Shown piece after piece: positions 36,801-45,703 of a stretch of DNA of 64,000 bases. The notes under the pieces were generated by a model, which was given only the letters and a program-made list of their open reading frames with translations, did not search any database and had not been told where the DNA came from. The stretch comes from a bacterium (lineage in GTDB: Bacteria > Patescibacteriota > UBA1384 > CAILIB01): positions 2,039 through 66,038 of the forward strand of contig JBAXRQ010000001.1 of assembly GCA_037131105.1 (NCBI GenBank), written 5' to 3'. Position numbers and translations under genes: made by a program. How positions within the stretch are numbered: the first letter of the stretch is position 1; every line of letters starts with the position of its first letter.

Positions 36801-36960
36801 GGCTATTCTTCTGGGAGACGAGTCGCAGCGACGGACGCTGAGCGACATATTCGGAGAAGACCACACGGCTGTGGCTCCGAACTTCGATGCATTGATCGAG
36901 ACCTTTATGGGGCAGTTTGATGATGATATTAGTCAATATCTTTCTGATAAGACCCGGTAA
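33844..36960 (+). CDS. Transglutaminase-like + coiled-coil + vWA domain protein
   Basis: LECYS..RVVLG, HAWGEFW, IDPTP (Cys-His-Asp triad); VDVSGSM MIDAS, GGTN, GDG. Confidence 0.88.
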   Translation: MLDHLNLPPLPEAEKPPQREHLRHMGILSDMGRELGAPVLPGKQWGYHYPGNGAQRADLLKGLLDGTVSSEEAALGLRPDAITYSLEDLQTEGFEAVSGRLRAVTSTLQNYDYEGLAEFVGQMQGKDVSPEEAQALYDRLTGGYVQKRAMDSFGSTGRRQMEAALQGESRRLLESTGSTPQERVLQALRAHWLCEGARTLRSDDRDGIAAALSQDELRAYEGLKEDYLQYMSGDKDAYRRLATYVQESFGRAEPLESSQSMQDLEKELEPYMDQAVPPGMPSDPAIPPDDNDEYHTPPPRPGRESGVESEPQRPIFEIAPTGSSTKPLTGYYISGRKSYYDEDAKVWSKRKQLMPYSESPAGTDRQVLSGRIDAGLKSVPIPNGYALDAATLRVQQGTATLSRDQNGCFYIQSTETSDFTVEFLKEPTAFISPPIGEDVRDVHRGRLSDQTEQFLATVRGTPTEMAVKAQGYIRSNHFYPGGGDLKAAQALQHKLRSESTADTYFQNLDASEYLECYSSLNLWIAMMRSVDVPCRVVLGHMIDSARDGKAAMDATTGHAWGEFWDGSEWRRIDPTPPPKPEDKKPEGDPGQGEPTPSQQAEDGGIEGDTSQPTQTGESGEQAGQGQGSGQEMGQVSDQEMEEAQSQLEQAQNELQKMDDRKAELNQKIQDAKDFNDLKELHDKMEKEDLLDDMKEDLVKRLEAKQEQMKDNIKEQLDEMVEDGFMDEDKRKQLEEALDEGALEKLDQMKQQLERESGLYNEYDAIRQEVQPLVDEWLGYFLERLPRQDEIEVDEDALARRGTFNRRSAMRARNLLFGTVRNPHIINPVVKPLFLAKMMVDVSGSMQGEKLRSARKTLVFLSELFSAIKEQFGYIKFSIDIFSDNLTTIKGFDQDYDRNERYDFKDGSTSTVKVRLMERLASKGGTNMLAAITAAADDLTEQASDNPEFASAFYFMGDGGDTCGNGAKVREFMQTKQRGGFGEHMHSAILLGDESQRRTLSDIFGEDHTAVAPNFDALIETFMGQFDDDISQYLSDKTR

Positions 36961-36986
36961 TGTTCGATAGAAAAATCAGGGAAAAG

Positions 36987-37012
36987 CAAGCGCCCCTTTG
37001 TCAGGGGCGCTT
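36987..37012. terminator. Bidirectional terminator
   Basis: caagcgcccct...aggggcgcttg between convergent genes. Confidence 0.7.
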
Positions 37013-37035
37013 GTTGGTCTTGGGCTGTGAAGAAC

Positions 37036-37890
37036 CTATTCAGAAGGAGTGGTATCAGTTACCGTGGCGCTCTTGCAGTATTTCGTGTCATCGCTCAACG
37101 TGGCACAAACCTCGGCCTTGGCGCCGCTGTCAGATACCGTGTAGTCGTAATCATAGCCGGTGAACGGGTCGGTGGGCTCGGTCTTGCCTAGGCCGGACAG
37201 GCTGTAGGGAAGGATGCCGCCGCTGGTACTGTCGGCTCCGTAGGCGTTCAGGTCCTTGGCGATCTGGTCAATGTTATTCTTACGGGTCTGGTCAGAGCCT
37301 CCGTTGCTTTTGCCGCCGGGACCGGCCAGGGAGCTGAATGCGAGGATAGGTAGGAGGATGAAGCCGATAGTTGAGATGATGAAGAACCCAAGGCCCCACT
37401 GGGCCCAGCGTTTTTGGACGGCTTTGAACTGCTCGATACTTTCAAACCTCCGGTTCTTCCAGGCTAGCTCATTTCCCTTGATACCCAGGGAAATAACGAT
37501 GTAGATGTTCAGGAAGGGAATGAGTACGAGAAAGGCCAGATAGGTGTTGTGCGCGACGCCCCATACCCAGGTGAGGAAGAAGGCTCCCCAGTTCCATCGG
37601 CGCAGCTCCTCAGGGAACTCGCCGTTAGGTCCGGCCGCGCCGCCCAGGTTTACCGAAACATGGATGGGTTGTCCGGTGGGGGTGGTGGCTGCCACAACTG
37701 GTGCTGCTCCTGGTGAAACGACTGGTGCCGCAAGGGGAGACGTGACAGGGGCTACAGCGGGAGCTGACGTTATTGCCGGTGTAGCCACGACAGGCTGCTC
37801 GGTAACGGGCGAGGTAGCTGGCGCCTCTACTGGCGGCATGCTAGTATCTGGCGTCTCGGCAGGGGTAGGTGAAGTGAAGGCGTCGGCCAT
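37036..37890 (-). CDS. Membrane protein (WNWGAF motif) with C-terminal GspG/pilin-like domain
   Basis: Pro/Ala N-terminus; RRWNWGAFFLTWVWG..GNELAWKN; D..RK.NI..I...L..Y, PTDP.TG..Y.Y, VCATL. Confidence 0.75.
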   Translation of the reverse strand: MADAFTSPTPAETPDTSMPPVEAPATSPVTEQPVVATPAITSAPAVAPVTSPLAAPVVSPGAAPVVAATTPTGQPIHVSVNLGGAAGPNGEFPEELRRWNWGAFFLTWVWGVAHNTYLAFLVLIPFLNIYIVISLGIKGNELAWKNRRFESIEQFKAVQKRWAQWGLGFFIISTIGFILLPILAFSSLAGPGGKSNGGSDQTRKNNIDQIAKDLNAYGADSTSGGILPYSLSGLGKTEPTDPFTGYDYDYTVSDSGAKAEVCATLSDDTKYCKSATVTDTTPSE

Positions 37891-37966
37891 GGGGTTGCTT
37901 AGGTTGTGAACGATATTCTCATTCTAAGCCCATCTGCTTAAAGAAGCAAAATATCTCTGGAATATC

Positions 37967-38428
37967 TTAAGCTCCCCCGCTTAGATGGTCAATGTGGTAG
38001 CCGTTAGCATCCTTGATGATGCTTATGAACAGATACTTATGGCGGATCCAGCCGCCGTCTTCTGGGACACCGCTACCTGACACCCAGTTCTCTCCAAAAA
38101 TGTAAGGCTTTTTCACGTCAAAACTAAGACCGTAGGTAAAGTTGCCGTTCGTATCAGGCTTTTCGGGAGATACTTTGGTAATTGAGTAGTCGCTTAGGCG
38201 GCTGTCCGGACAGGAGAAGAACGGTCGGTGTCTATCTAGCCAGCGCGTGGTAAGGATCTGGGCTATCTGTTCCTGGGATTTCCCCGTCGCTTCCTGAGTG
38301 GTAAGTCCGGCGCCGAAGTCGCTGCCGCAGTCCAGGTTTATGAAGGTTGTGGCGCCCAGGAAGGGGATGAAGAGGATAAGGATGATGGCAATGGCGCCGA
38401 AAATAACCGGCTTGGGGATATGGCTCAT
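37967..38428 (-). CDS. Hypothetical secreted/membrane-anchored protein
   Basis: N-terminal TM; overlaps the TrmB stop codon. Confidence 0.7.
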   Translation of the reverse strand: MSHIPKPVIFGAIAIILILFIPFLGATTFINLDCGSDFGAGLTTQEATGKSQEQIAQILTTRWLDRHRPFFSCPDSRLSDYSITKVSPEKPDTNGNFTYGLSFDVKKPYIFGENWVSGSGVPEDGGWIRHKYLFISIIKDANGYHIDHLSGGA

Positions 38429-39177
38429 GATAATGCGCTAGTCTGGCTCCACATAGTCTCAAACATATCCCTAAGCATAGTCGAGTATTCATGCGATTCC
38501 AAGATGGTGCCGAAGTTCTCTCGCTTGGTGCTCATGAGGGCGACCGAGTCGTCGTAGATCATCATCATGGCCGAGACGTCGATACTGCTAGGTCCTAGTC
38601 TGGATTCACGCAACAGCAGCGGGTCGCTGACCATGTGGAAACCTTCCTCCTCCAGGGAGATCTCACCGCGGGGGTCATTGAGGGTGCGGATTTTGATATG
38701 GCGCCTCGTCCTCTTCTCAGCGTAGTACTGCATGAACTCCTCACCCACCACCTCCAAGATCTCCCTTGCCGAGACGAAGCAGACTATCTCCTTGCTCCGG
38801 CAGCGCAACGTCTCTTCATATACCGTCTTAATCCCCTCGACTCCTTCGAAAAACCGCACCACCGGACGGTAGGAGCTGCTCTGGATCATATCCTCGATGG
38901 CTGGCATCAGGGAGGTTGCGGCCGTGACCTCCTGGTTCAGCTGGTAAATGTACCGGTGGGGAGGGGAGGCGACGAAGTGGGTGATGTTCTTTTTCTGGGT
39001 GCTGCTTACCAGACCCTTCTTGAAGAGTGAGCGGGCCACGTCGTAGATGGTACCGCGGTTCAGCTCGGTGTAGGCGGAGATGTCCTTGGCCTTGCTGGGA
39101 CCGAGCTCCAAAAGGGCTAAATAGAGCTCTGCTTCCTTGTCGGAAAGGCCTAGGGAAATGAGTTCTTCGGTGGTCAT
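38425..39177 (-). CDS. TrmB family transcriptional regulator
   Basis: LGLSDKEAELYLALL, RGTIYD..L..KGLV, VRFFEGVEGI, IYDDSV. Confidence 0.9.
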   Translation of the reverse strand: MTTEELISLGLSDKEAELYLALLELGPSKAKDISAYTELNRGTIYDVARSLFKKGLVSSTQKKNITHFVASPPHRYIYQLNQEVTAATSLMPAIEDMIQSSSYRPVVRFFEGVEGIKTVYEETLRCRSKEIVCFVSAREILEVVGEEFMQYYAEKRTRRHIKIRTLNDPRGEISLEEEGFHMVSDPLLLRESRLGPSSIDVSAMMMIYDDSVALMSTKRENFGTILESHEYSTMLRDMFETMWSQTSALS

Positions 39178-39401
39178 TTTGTTGTAGAGAAATATCTACT
39201 GATTTAGATAATTAGCCTGCGTATGGTTGAGCTTGCGAAAAACCAGGTCATTTTTGTTACAGGTGTTAAACCTGGCAGTGAGAAATCATTTTTACTATAC
39301 CCTATTTTCCTAGTTAGACCTATAACTATCCTGCTTTAAAAAAGTGCAGATCAATGTCTACAAGACAGCGACTACTTTGACAACGCGAAAGAGGAGAAAA
39401 G

Positions 39402-39689
39402 ATGAACGCAGTACAGAAGCTCAAGGCAGCGGCTGCAGTGGCGCTGATGGTGGTTTACGGCATTGCCCGTAACACGTTCCATCCGGTGCTCACCCAGCAA
39501 GTGGCGCTTGGGCAGTTGCAGGACAGGCCCAGCTCATTTACCGACTACCGACTGTGGGAGACGGCGTGGAGCTACGGGTCGATTGCAGTCGTACTGATCG
39601 TGCTGGCGCTGTTCTGGCCAGAGATCAAGAGTGTGTTCGGTGCTGCCAAAAAAGCGGTCGCCGATGAAGTACAAGAAGATTCGGTATAG
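39402..39689 (+). CDS. Small 2-TM protein partnering the SPFH gene
   Basis: GAGGAG SD; two hydrophobic segments. Confidence 0.75.
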   Translation: MNAVQKLKAAAAVALMVVYGIARNTFHPVLTQQVALGQLQDRPSSFTDYRLWETAWSYGSIAVVLIVLALFWPEIKSVFGAAKKAVADEVQEDSV

Positions 39690-39700
39690 GAGTGGTTAGC

Positions 39701-40720
39701 ATGAAGAGTCGTTTTGTAGGACTGGCCTTATTGGCCGTGGTGATGTCGATGCTGATGGCGGGATGCGGAGCCTATGATAGGCCTGAATTTCAGGAAATCA
39801 GCCCTTCGCAAACTGCCTTTCTGATCCCTATGGAGGGACAGACCTCCGGGCAGCAGAAGTTTGGCTCGCAAGAGTTCTACCAGAAAGCCATGGTGGCGAC
39901 GAAGCGGGTACAGATCCCGCATCGTTGGATCCAAGAGGGTCGTAGTGGGAATGACGGCAAGTACGTTCCCACCATGCGACTGCTGATAGTTGAGCGGAAG
40001 CCGGTAGTGCGTGAGTGGACGGAAAATCCGGGCACGGGTACCTCGGCCAAGAACCAGGGCATCCAGGCTGAAAGCCGTGAATCGATCGGTTTTATGGCAC
40101 GCATGAACTGCGCCGCCCAGATTGACGAGACAGACGCCGTGCTCTACTTGTACCGCTATAACGACAAGCCTCTCGAAGAAGTCATGGATCAGGAGATCCG
40201 GGCCAGAGTCGAGTCGAAGTTCGTCGAACAGTGTGCTCATTACCCACTGTCTGAACTCCTAGTGAATAAGGATAAGATCATGTCCGCCATTCGTGGCGAC
40301 GTGCTCCCCTTCTTCAAGGGACGTGGTATCACTATCACGGTCCTCGGACTGCAGGGTGAGCTGACCTACTCCAGCGAAGAGATCCAGAAGTCGATCAACT
40401 TGAAGTTCACCGCCGCCCAGGAGCAGCAGGCTCAAGAAAGTGTGAACCGCAAGGAGATTTCCAAGGCTAACGCCCTGGCTCAGGCTGGACGTACTATGGC
40501 TGGACCTGCCGCCCAGAGTTATTTGTCGTTCCAACTGCGTAACCGTGCCCTGGACAACCAGGCGCAGGCGATACAGAAATGGACCGGACAGTCTCCCAAT
40601 GCAGTAGGTGCCGGAACCATATTCGGCATTCCCTTCAGTGCTGCCGCGGCTCCGGCCCCGGAAGCACCAAAGCCGGCTCCCAAGCCGGCTGAACAACCCG
40701 CCCAGGAGGCAGGCCAATAG
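39701..40720 (+). CDS. SPFH/band-7-like lipoprotein
   Basis: Lipobox MAGC; ESRESIGF, IRARV, FFKGRGITI..LG, IQKW.G..P; start 39692 or 39701. Confidence 0.75.
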   Translation: MKSRFVGLALLAVVMSMLMAGCGAYDRPEFQEISPSQTAFLIPMEGQTSGQQKFGSQEFYQKAMVATKRVQIPHRWIQEGRSGNDGKYVPTMRLLIVERKPVVREWTENPGTGTSAKNQGIQAESRESIGFMARMNCAAQIDETDAVLYLYRYNDKPLEEVMDQEIRARVESKFVEQCAHYPLSELLVNKDKIMSAIRGDVLPFFKGRGITITVLGLQGELTYSSEEIQKSINLKFTAAQEQQAQESVNRKEISKANALAQAGRTMAGPAAQSYLSFQLRNRALDNQAQAIQKWTGQSPNAVGAGTIFGIPFSAAAAPAPEAPKPAPKPAEQPAQEAGQ

Positions 40721-40805
40721 GCCTAGCCTCCGGGCACGTCTGAAGCCCGTGAGTGTGCGATGTTCTCTAGTAATAGAGGATCTCGCCCTCACGGGTTTTT
40801 CATTG

Positions 40806-41558
40806 CTAAGGGGCAAGGGTCAGCCAGGCTTTCTCAAATCCGAACCGCTCCAGGGCGGCCAGCTGTTTTGATCGCACTACTATCAGGTTTGTGGCATTCT
40901 CGCGGATGCTTAGGAAGCAGATGGTGTCGCGCCAGATCCATTTCTCGGTATCGGTCTCCCACCAGTCAGTGCTAAACCTGAACTGGGCGTTGGACTGCTG
41001 GTTCTGGCGGGTGAATTCCCGGGAATCAGCCGTGTCTGGGGCAATGATCCGGTCGGCTGTCCCCACCCTTTTCTTGAACTCAATAAAGGTGGTAAGGAAC
41101 TCCGGGTCGACACTGTGCCAAGCAGTGTTGGTGGCCCAGACTAGGAGCTCTTCCCCTGGTGTGGCCTGATTCATGAACTCGCGGTACCACTCCCGCATGC
41201 TGATGGGGTTTTCATAGACCGAAATGGTGGGCAATGAGGCATTGCTGGCCTCTCGGGTCTTCAGGAGAGGGACTGCCTCCTCGATGTCCTTGGCAATCTG
41301 GCGGGCCTTGTCATTGAGCGCTTCAGGTCCGATGGCTTGGAACAAACGTTTGCCGTCAGTAGTGATTTCCTTCATGAGGCCTTGGCTGGCTAGCCTGTCC
41401 AGTAGGGTATAGACCATCTGACGGCTCATACCTATCTTCTTGCCCAGCTGGATGGCGGTAGCGGGACCGGTCGAAAGTCCGGCCAGGTAGAGGGAGGCCT
41501 CACTTTCGGAGAGGCCCAGCGACTGCAGGAGAGTGACGTAGCGCTTAGGTGTAGACAT
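40806..41558 (-). CDS. TrmB family transcriptional regulator
   Basis: LGLSESEASLYLAGL, RQMVY..L..L...GL. Confidence 0.88.
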   Translation of the reverse strand: MSTPKRYVTLLQSLGLSESEASLYLAGLSTGPATAIQLGKKIGMSRQMVYTLLDRLASQGLMKEITTDGKRLFQAIGPEALNDKARQIAKDIEEAVPLLKTREASNASLPTISVYENPISMREWYREFMNQATPGEELLVWATNTAWHSVDPEFLTTFIEFKKRVGTADRIIAPDTADSREFTRQNQQSNAQFRFSTDWWETDTEKWIWRDTICFLSIRENATNLIVVRSKQLAALERFGFEKAWLTLAP

Positions 41559-41584
41559 GTGACATACTAATTTACAACATATAT

Positions 41585-41630
41585 ACTATAACCATATATT
41601 ATTGACAAGTCAAGATTTACGTAATATACT
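41585..41630. promoter_or_regulatory. Overlapping divergent sigma70 promoters (TrmB / methyltransferase)
   Basis: + strand TTGACA(41602)-17-TATACT(41625); - strand TTGACT-17-TATAGT. Confidence 0.7.
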
Positions 41631-41664
41631 CCGATATTGGCATATTGGCCAATAAGGAGGACGT

Positions 41665-42399
41665 ATGAATGACTATGATCTGATTGCCGAGCGGTACCAG
41701 GGTGCCCATGACAAGCCGGATGTGCGGTACAGTGTGGTGCCAACTGTGCTGAGCCTGGTGGGCGACCTGGAGGGAAGACGGGTGCTGGACGTGGGCTGTG
41801 GCGACGGGTTCTTCACGGAACTGTTCGCCGCCCGAGGAGCTGCTGAGGTGTATGGCTTGGACAGCTCAGCCAGGCAGATTGAGCTGGCACGGCAGAAGAG
41901 TCGGAACTCCAACGTGAAGTACATCCAGCAGGATATGTTCAGGTGGTCAGACTGGGGTGAGTTCCCCCTGGTCGACGTGGTAGTGGCGCCTTTCGTGCTG
42001 AATTATGCCCAGATTTGGTGGCAGCTGCACGGCCTGTTCGAGGCCTTCCGCTGGGTCCTTCGTGAGTGCGATGAGGAAGGAAGATTGGTTGCCGTGATCG
42101 ATATGCCAAGCGGCCAGGATCTTTCAAGGTTCGGGGCACGCAAGAGCTTACCGAGAGGCGCTGAAGACGGTGCGTCGATGCAGATTGAGCTGTTCAATGA
42201 AGGCCAGCCTCTTCTTACGCTTTCTGCCATATACTTCCAGAAGGAGACCGTAGAGATCAACTGCCGTACTGCCAAGTTCAAGGAGGTTTCCTGGGCAAAT
42301 CCTATCATTTCTCAGGAAGGACTGGAGAAGATGGGCTCGGGTTTTTGGGAGGGTTATCTGGAGAACCCTGAGCTGGCCTACTTGGTGGCGGAGTTGTGA
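41665..42399 (+). CDS. Class I SAM-dependent methyltransferase
   Basis: VLDVGCGDG, GLDSS..QI..A, FVLNYA; AAGGAGG SD. Confidence 0.9.
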   Translation: MNDYDLIAERYQGAHDKPDVRYSVVPTVLSLVGDLEGRRVLDVGCGDGFFTELFAARGAAEVYGLDSSARQIELARQKSRNSNVKYIQQDMFRWSDWGEFPLVDVVVAPFVLNYAQIWWQLHGLFEAFRWVLRECDEEGRLVAVIDMPSGQDLSRFGARKSLPRGAEDGASMQIELFNEGQPLLTLSAIYFQKETVEINCRTAKFKEVSWANPIISQEGLEKMGSGFWEGYLENPELAYLVAEL

Positions 42400-42433
42400 G
42401 AAGTACCTGTAGGCACGTCCCCTAGGGCCGTGC

Positions 42434-43048
42434 CTACTTCTTTGTGGCAATAACCACCAGTCTTCGGGTCATGGCCCAGCTGTCGCAGGTGTAAAGAGTG
42501 AGTTGGTTGCTGAAATTCTGATTGAGGATGGAGACCTGGTCCGAGTCTACCGTCTCGGTTATTTTGACGACGTAGACCTGGGCTGTCGCGTTCCAGTAGA
42601 TGATAATAATATCCCCCGTCTCCAGCCTGTTCAGGTTATAGAACGTATGGGCATTGGGGGGGAGGTACTGGAAGCGATGGCCGGCCAGAACCAGGTTGTG
42701 ACTGATGTCTCCTACCTGGTGCCAGACACCTTCTTTTTTATTGAGCACTGAAAGGTCCGGGCCTTCCAGAATCTCCTCGCGCACCCCGATGGCCGGTATT
42801 ACTAGCCAGTTGCCGGTCTTGGGGACGGTGCTGGTGTCAGGCGCCCGTAAGGAGGGAGGAAGAATCCGGGCCAGGCCAGGATGGTCCACTGAAGCGCGTT
42901 GCAGTCTGAACTGCAGCTCGGGGAACAGGGGGTAGAGCAGGCAGAGGATACTGACTGCGATGAGGGCGGCACCATAAGGGGTCCTGAGCCGCTTATAGGC
43001 CCGCTGCAAGGCCTCGGTGATGACAGTACGGGCCTCGGCCCTAGTCAT
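42434..43048 (-). CDS. Sortase (class D/E-like)
   Basis: N-terminal TM, LVIPAIG, LAGHR, F.NL..L..GD, LTLYTC, RLVV. Confidence 0.9.
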   Translation of the reverse strand: MTRAEARTVITEALQRAYKRLRTPYGAALIAVSILCLLYPLFPELQFRLQRASVDHPGLARILPPSLRAPDTSTVPKTGNWLVIPAIGVREEILEGPDLSVLNKKEGVWHQVGDISHNLVLAGHRFQYLPPNAHTFYNLNRLETGDIIIIYWNATAQVYVVKITETVDSDQVSILNQNFSNQLTLYTCDSWAMTRRLVVIATKK

Positions 43049-45080
43049 GCTTGAAGAGCAGCCTTAGGCCAAGGGCCAAGAGCAGGCCGCCGATGAAGAG
43101 GATAGGCTGCACGGGACTCCCGGTGCCGGCCAGCTGGGCAGGTACGGTAACAGGGAAGGAAGCCAAGCTGATAGGTGTGCCGCCAGGAGTTAAGGCAGAG
43201 ATGAGTACGGTGTGCTGGCCCCCAGGGAGGGACGTAGCCAACGTGCAGCTCCAGTGTCCGTCGGCATCAGCCGTAGCAGTACAGGTAACAGGGTTGGAGT
43301 GAACGGTAACAGTGATCTCGGTCCCGGGAGTGGCATTGCCGCTGAAAGTCGGTAGGGCTGTAATGACCGGATCCCCGGCAGTTTCCTTCTGGTCCACGGT
43401 CTTTACGGCAAGAACAGGAACGATGGAAAGGGTGGCGGTGCTGTATGCAGAGATATTCCCAGCAACGTCTGCTGCTTTTACCCGCACGTACCAGGTGCCG
43501 TCCTTTAAGGTGTGCGAATAGGTGGTCTCGGCTTGGCTGACAGTGGTGACCCCGCTGCTAAAATCACTGCTCTTGCTGTACTGCAAGGTATACGGGGTGG
43601 CGGAGAGGCCGCTTCCAGCATCGGTAGCAGTGTCCCAGGAAAACGTTGCGGTAGAGCCACTGTTTGTGGCGGTGACGGTTCCGAGGGCAGGTGCAGTAGT
43701 ATCTAACTTAAAGGCGATACCTGAAGGCGCGGACCAGCCACTTACAGCAGTAGCATCGTCTATGGTTCGTACTCTCCAGTAGTAGTTACCGTCGGACAAG
43801 GTGGTGCTGGCAGAGCCTACCGTGTAGGTGCCGCTTCCGGCAGCCTGGCCGAATGTGAAGGTGCTGGCGCCCTGGGCGGCGAGTGCTGAGGTGTAACTGA
43901 TCAGGGGAGACGCGAAGTCGTTGCTGGAGTTGATCTGGATCTGGTACTTTACCTGCTGGCCGGAATCAGGATCAGCCAGGGTGAAGGCAAAGGGGGTGCC
44001 GGCAAGAGTGGACTGGGAAATGAAGCTGCTGCCGGTTAGGGTGCTGGGAGAGAGTGAGGTGGGATCAGTGGGGTTCTGGTTGGCTGCCCCGGTAGTGAAG
44101 CTGAAGCTGTCTGAGAGGGCGGAGCCGCTGCTGTTATCCGCCTCAATACGCCAATAGTAGGTAGTGCCGGGATCCAGCCCGCTGAGACCATAACTGGTGT
44201 CGGTGACGCCGCTCTGATTGGTGACGATAGTGCTGAAGCCGGCATCGGTGGCCACCAGCACCTTGTAGGAGGTCGTATTAGTGGCAGCGCTCCAGGTCAG
44301 GGTGGGGCTGGTTGATACACCGGTAGCGGCGTTTGAGGGAGAGGTGAGGGTAGCGGTGCCGGGTCCATCGGCATCGGACAGGTACTTGTAGTCGTAAGCC
44401 GCCGCGTCATTTATGATGTAGGTGTCCTCGTCCGGCGTGTAGCTGATGGCCATGCGGCTGTGTACGACGGGGTCATTGACCGAGTATTGCAGCGGCGTGC
44501 TCCCATCCTTCTGGATACCGATAGTGGCGCTGTCTCCCTCGGCCTGGGTGCCTCCGAGGATGTCACGGTACTGGAGTTGGATCTTGCCCCCGTTCTCGTA
44601 GAGGATGACCTGGAAGGTGCCGAGCTGCACGTCGGGATTGTTATAGAAGTACATGCTCGTCCACTGGACGATGAACTCCCGGTTGGGGGCCGACCCGACG
44701 GTCTTATAGAGGATGCTCTGGGCGTCGTAGTTATGAGTGATGAGGTCGTCCCAGAAAGGCAGAATGGCAGCGCCCATGCCACTACCGGCCGGCAGGCCGC
44801 TATTACTGTATTCATCGTAGCCGCTATCGAAGTTCAGGGTGCCGTTGATGTTGACGAAAGCCTGGGTCTTGGTGACGCCGAAGAAGGGGAAGTTGAAACC
44901 AAAGTTAAAGGGACCGGAATAATCGTCATCTCCTGACAGGGTGGTGTTGGTGCCCTCGTAAATAGTGTCCGAGGTAGCATGGGCAACCTGAGGGCCCAGC
45001 AATGCACTTGCCTGCCAGCACAGTACGGTGGCAATCATCAGGTAGGCAAACGGGCGCGATAACGAAGAAAAGTGACGCAT
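43041..45080 (-). CDS. Cell-surface protein (NIDO-like, FN3/Ig-like repeats) with LAGTG sorting signal
   Basis: Signal peptide AHA; PFWDDL, TFQVILYENG; YYWRI/YYWRV; LAGTG-TM-basic tail; overlaps the sortase start. Confidence 0.85.
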   Translation of the reverse strand: MRHFSSLSRPFAYLMIATVLCWQASALLGPQVAHATSDTIYEGTNTTLSGDDDYSGPFNFGFNFPFFGVTKTQAFVNINGTLNFDSGYDEYSNSGLPAGSGMGAAILPFWDDLITHNYDAQSILYKTVGSAPNREFIVQWTSMYFYNNPDVQLGTFQVILYENGGKIQLQYRDILGGTQAEGDSATIGIQKDGSTPLQYSVNDPVVHSRMAISYTPDEDTYIINDAAAYDYKYLSDADGPGTATLTSPSNAATGVSTSPTLTWSAATNTTSYKVLVATDAGFSTIVTNQSGVTDTSYGLSGLDPGTTYYWRIEADNSSGSALSDSFSFTTGAANQNPTDPTSLSPSTLTGSSFISQSTLAGTPFAFTLADPDSGQQVKYQIQINSSNDFASPLISYTSALAAQGASTFTFGQAAGSGTYTVGSASTTLSDGNYYWRVRTIDDATAVSGWSAPSGIAFKLDTTAPALGTVTATNSGSTATFSWDTATDAGSGLSATPYTLQYSKSSDFSSGVTTVSQAETTYSHTLKDGTWYVRVKAADVAGNISAYSTATLSIVPVLAVKTVDQKETAGDPVITALPTFSGNATPGTEITVTVHSNPVTCTATADADGHWSCTLATSLPGGQHTVLISALTPGGTPISLASFPVTVPAQLAGTGSPVQPILFIGGLLLALGLRLLFKHD

Positions 45081-45097
45081 GTCACTAGTATACGGGT

Positions 45098-45703
45098 TTA
45101 CTGTGTCGTAAGGAAAGTCTCCTTCTTAGCAAGGTGAAGTCCCATTAGAATAAGCCAGACAGTCTGAGGATATGCTACTACTCGTTCAAGGCTTCCAAGG
45201 CCGATTCCCAGGTAATTATGCAAGAGGTAGAAGATGAGTGCCACCAGGGCCAGTGATCCGAAGATAAGACCATAGGTCCGCAGCCATCCGGGAAGGCGCC
45301 TCTCGCCTACTCCTATAAGAATAAGGGCAAGATTGCCATAGATGAAGGGGAGGCTGGCCCCAAGGGTGTGTACCGGACGAAGAACATTCTCCGGGAACAG
45401 TCCGACCATGACCGTGCCAATGCCGGAAAGCAGTAGGAAGGCAAAGCCTACCAGTACCAGCTTTCTTACCTGGAGCTGCCGCATGATGAGCAGAGCGCCG
45501 ATAGACATGGTGACTCCTAGTAGCACGAACGAGGCGTTCATCAGGGAATGCAGGGGAGAGAGAATGGTATTGCCCAGGTCACTGATGTAGTTGCCGGTAA
45601 GGCTGTACGGGTGCGTCCACGTGGCGGCTACCAGAACCTGTACCGCAAAGTATTGGAGGCTGCTAATCCAGAGAAGAGGCCCAAGTAGATAGTGTGACTT
45701 CAT
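45098..45703 (-). CDS. DUF998-like membrane protein
   Basis: YS...NYISDLG, MNASF, GLFPE, H..GA, G..ER; multiple TMs. Confidence 0.8.
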   Translation of the reverse strand: MKSHYLLGPLLWISSLQYFAVQVLVAATWTHPYSLTGNYISDLGNTILSPLHSLMNASFVLLGVTMSIGALLIMRQLQVRKLVLVGFAFLLLSGIGTVMVGLFPENVLRPVHTLGASLPFIYGNLALILIGVGERRLPGWLRTYGLIFGSLALVALIFYLLHNYLGIGLGSLERVVAYPQTVWLILMGLHLAKKETFLTTQ

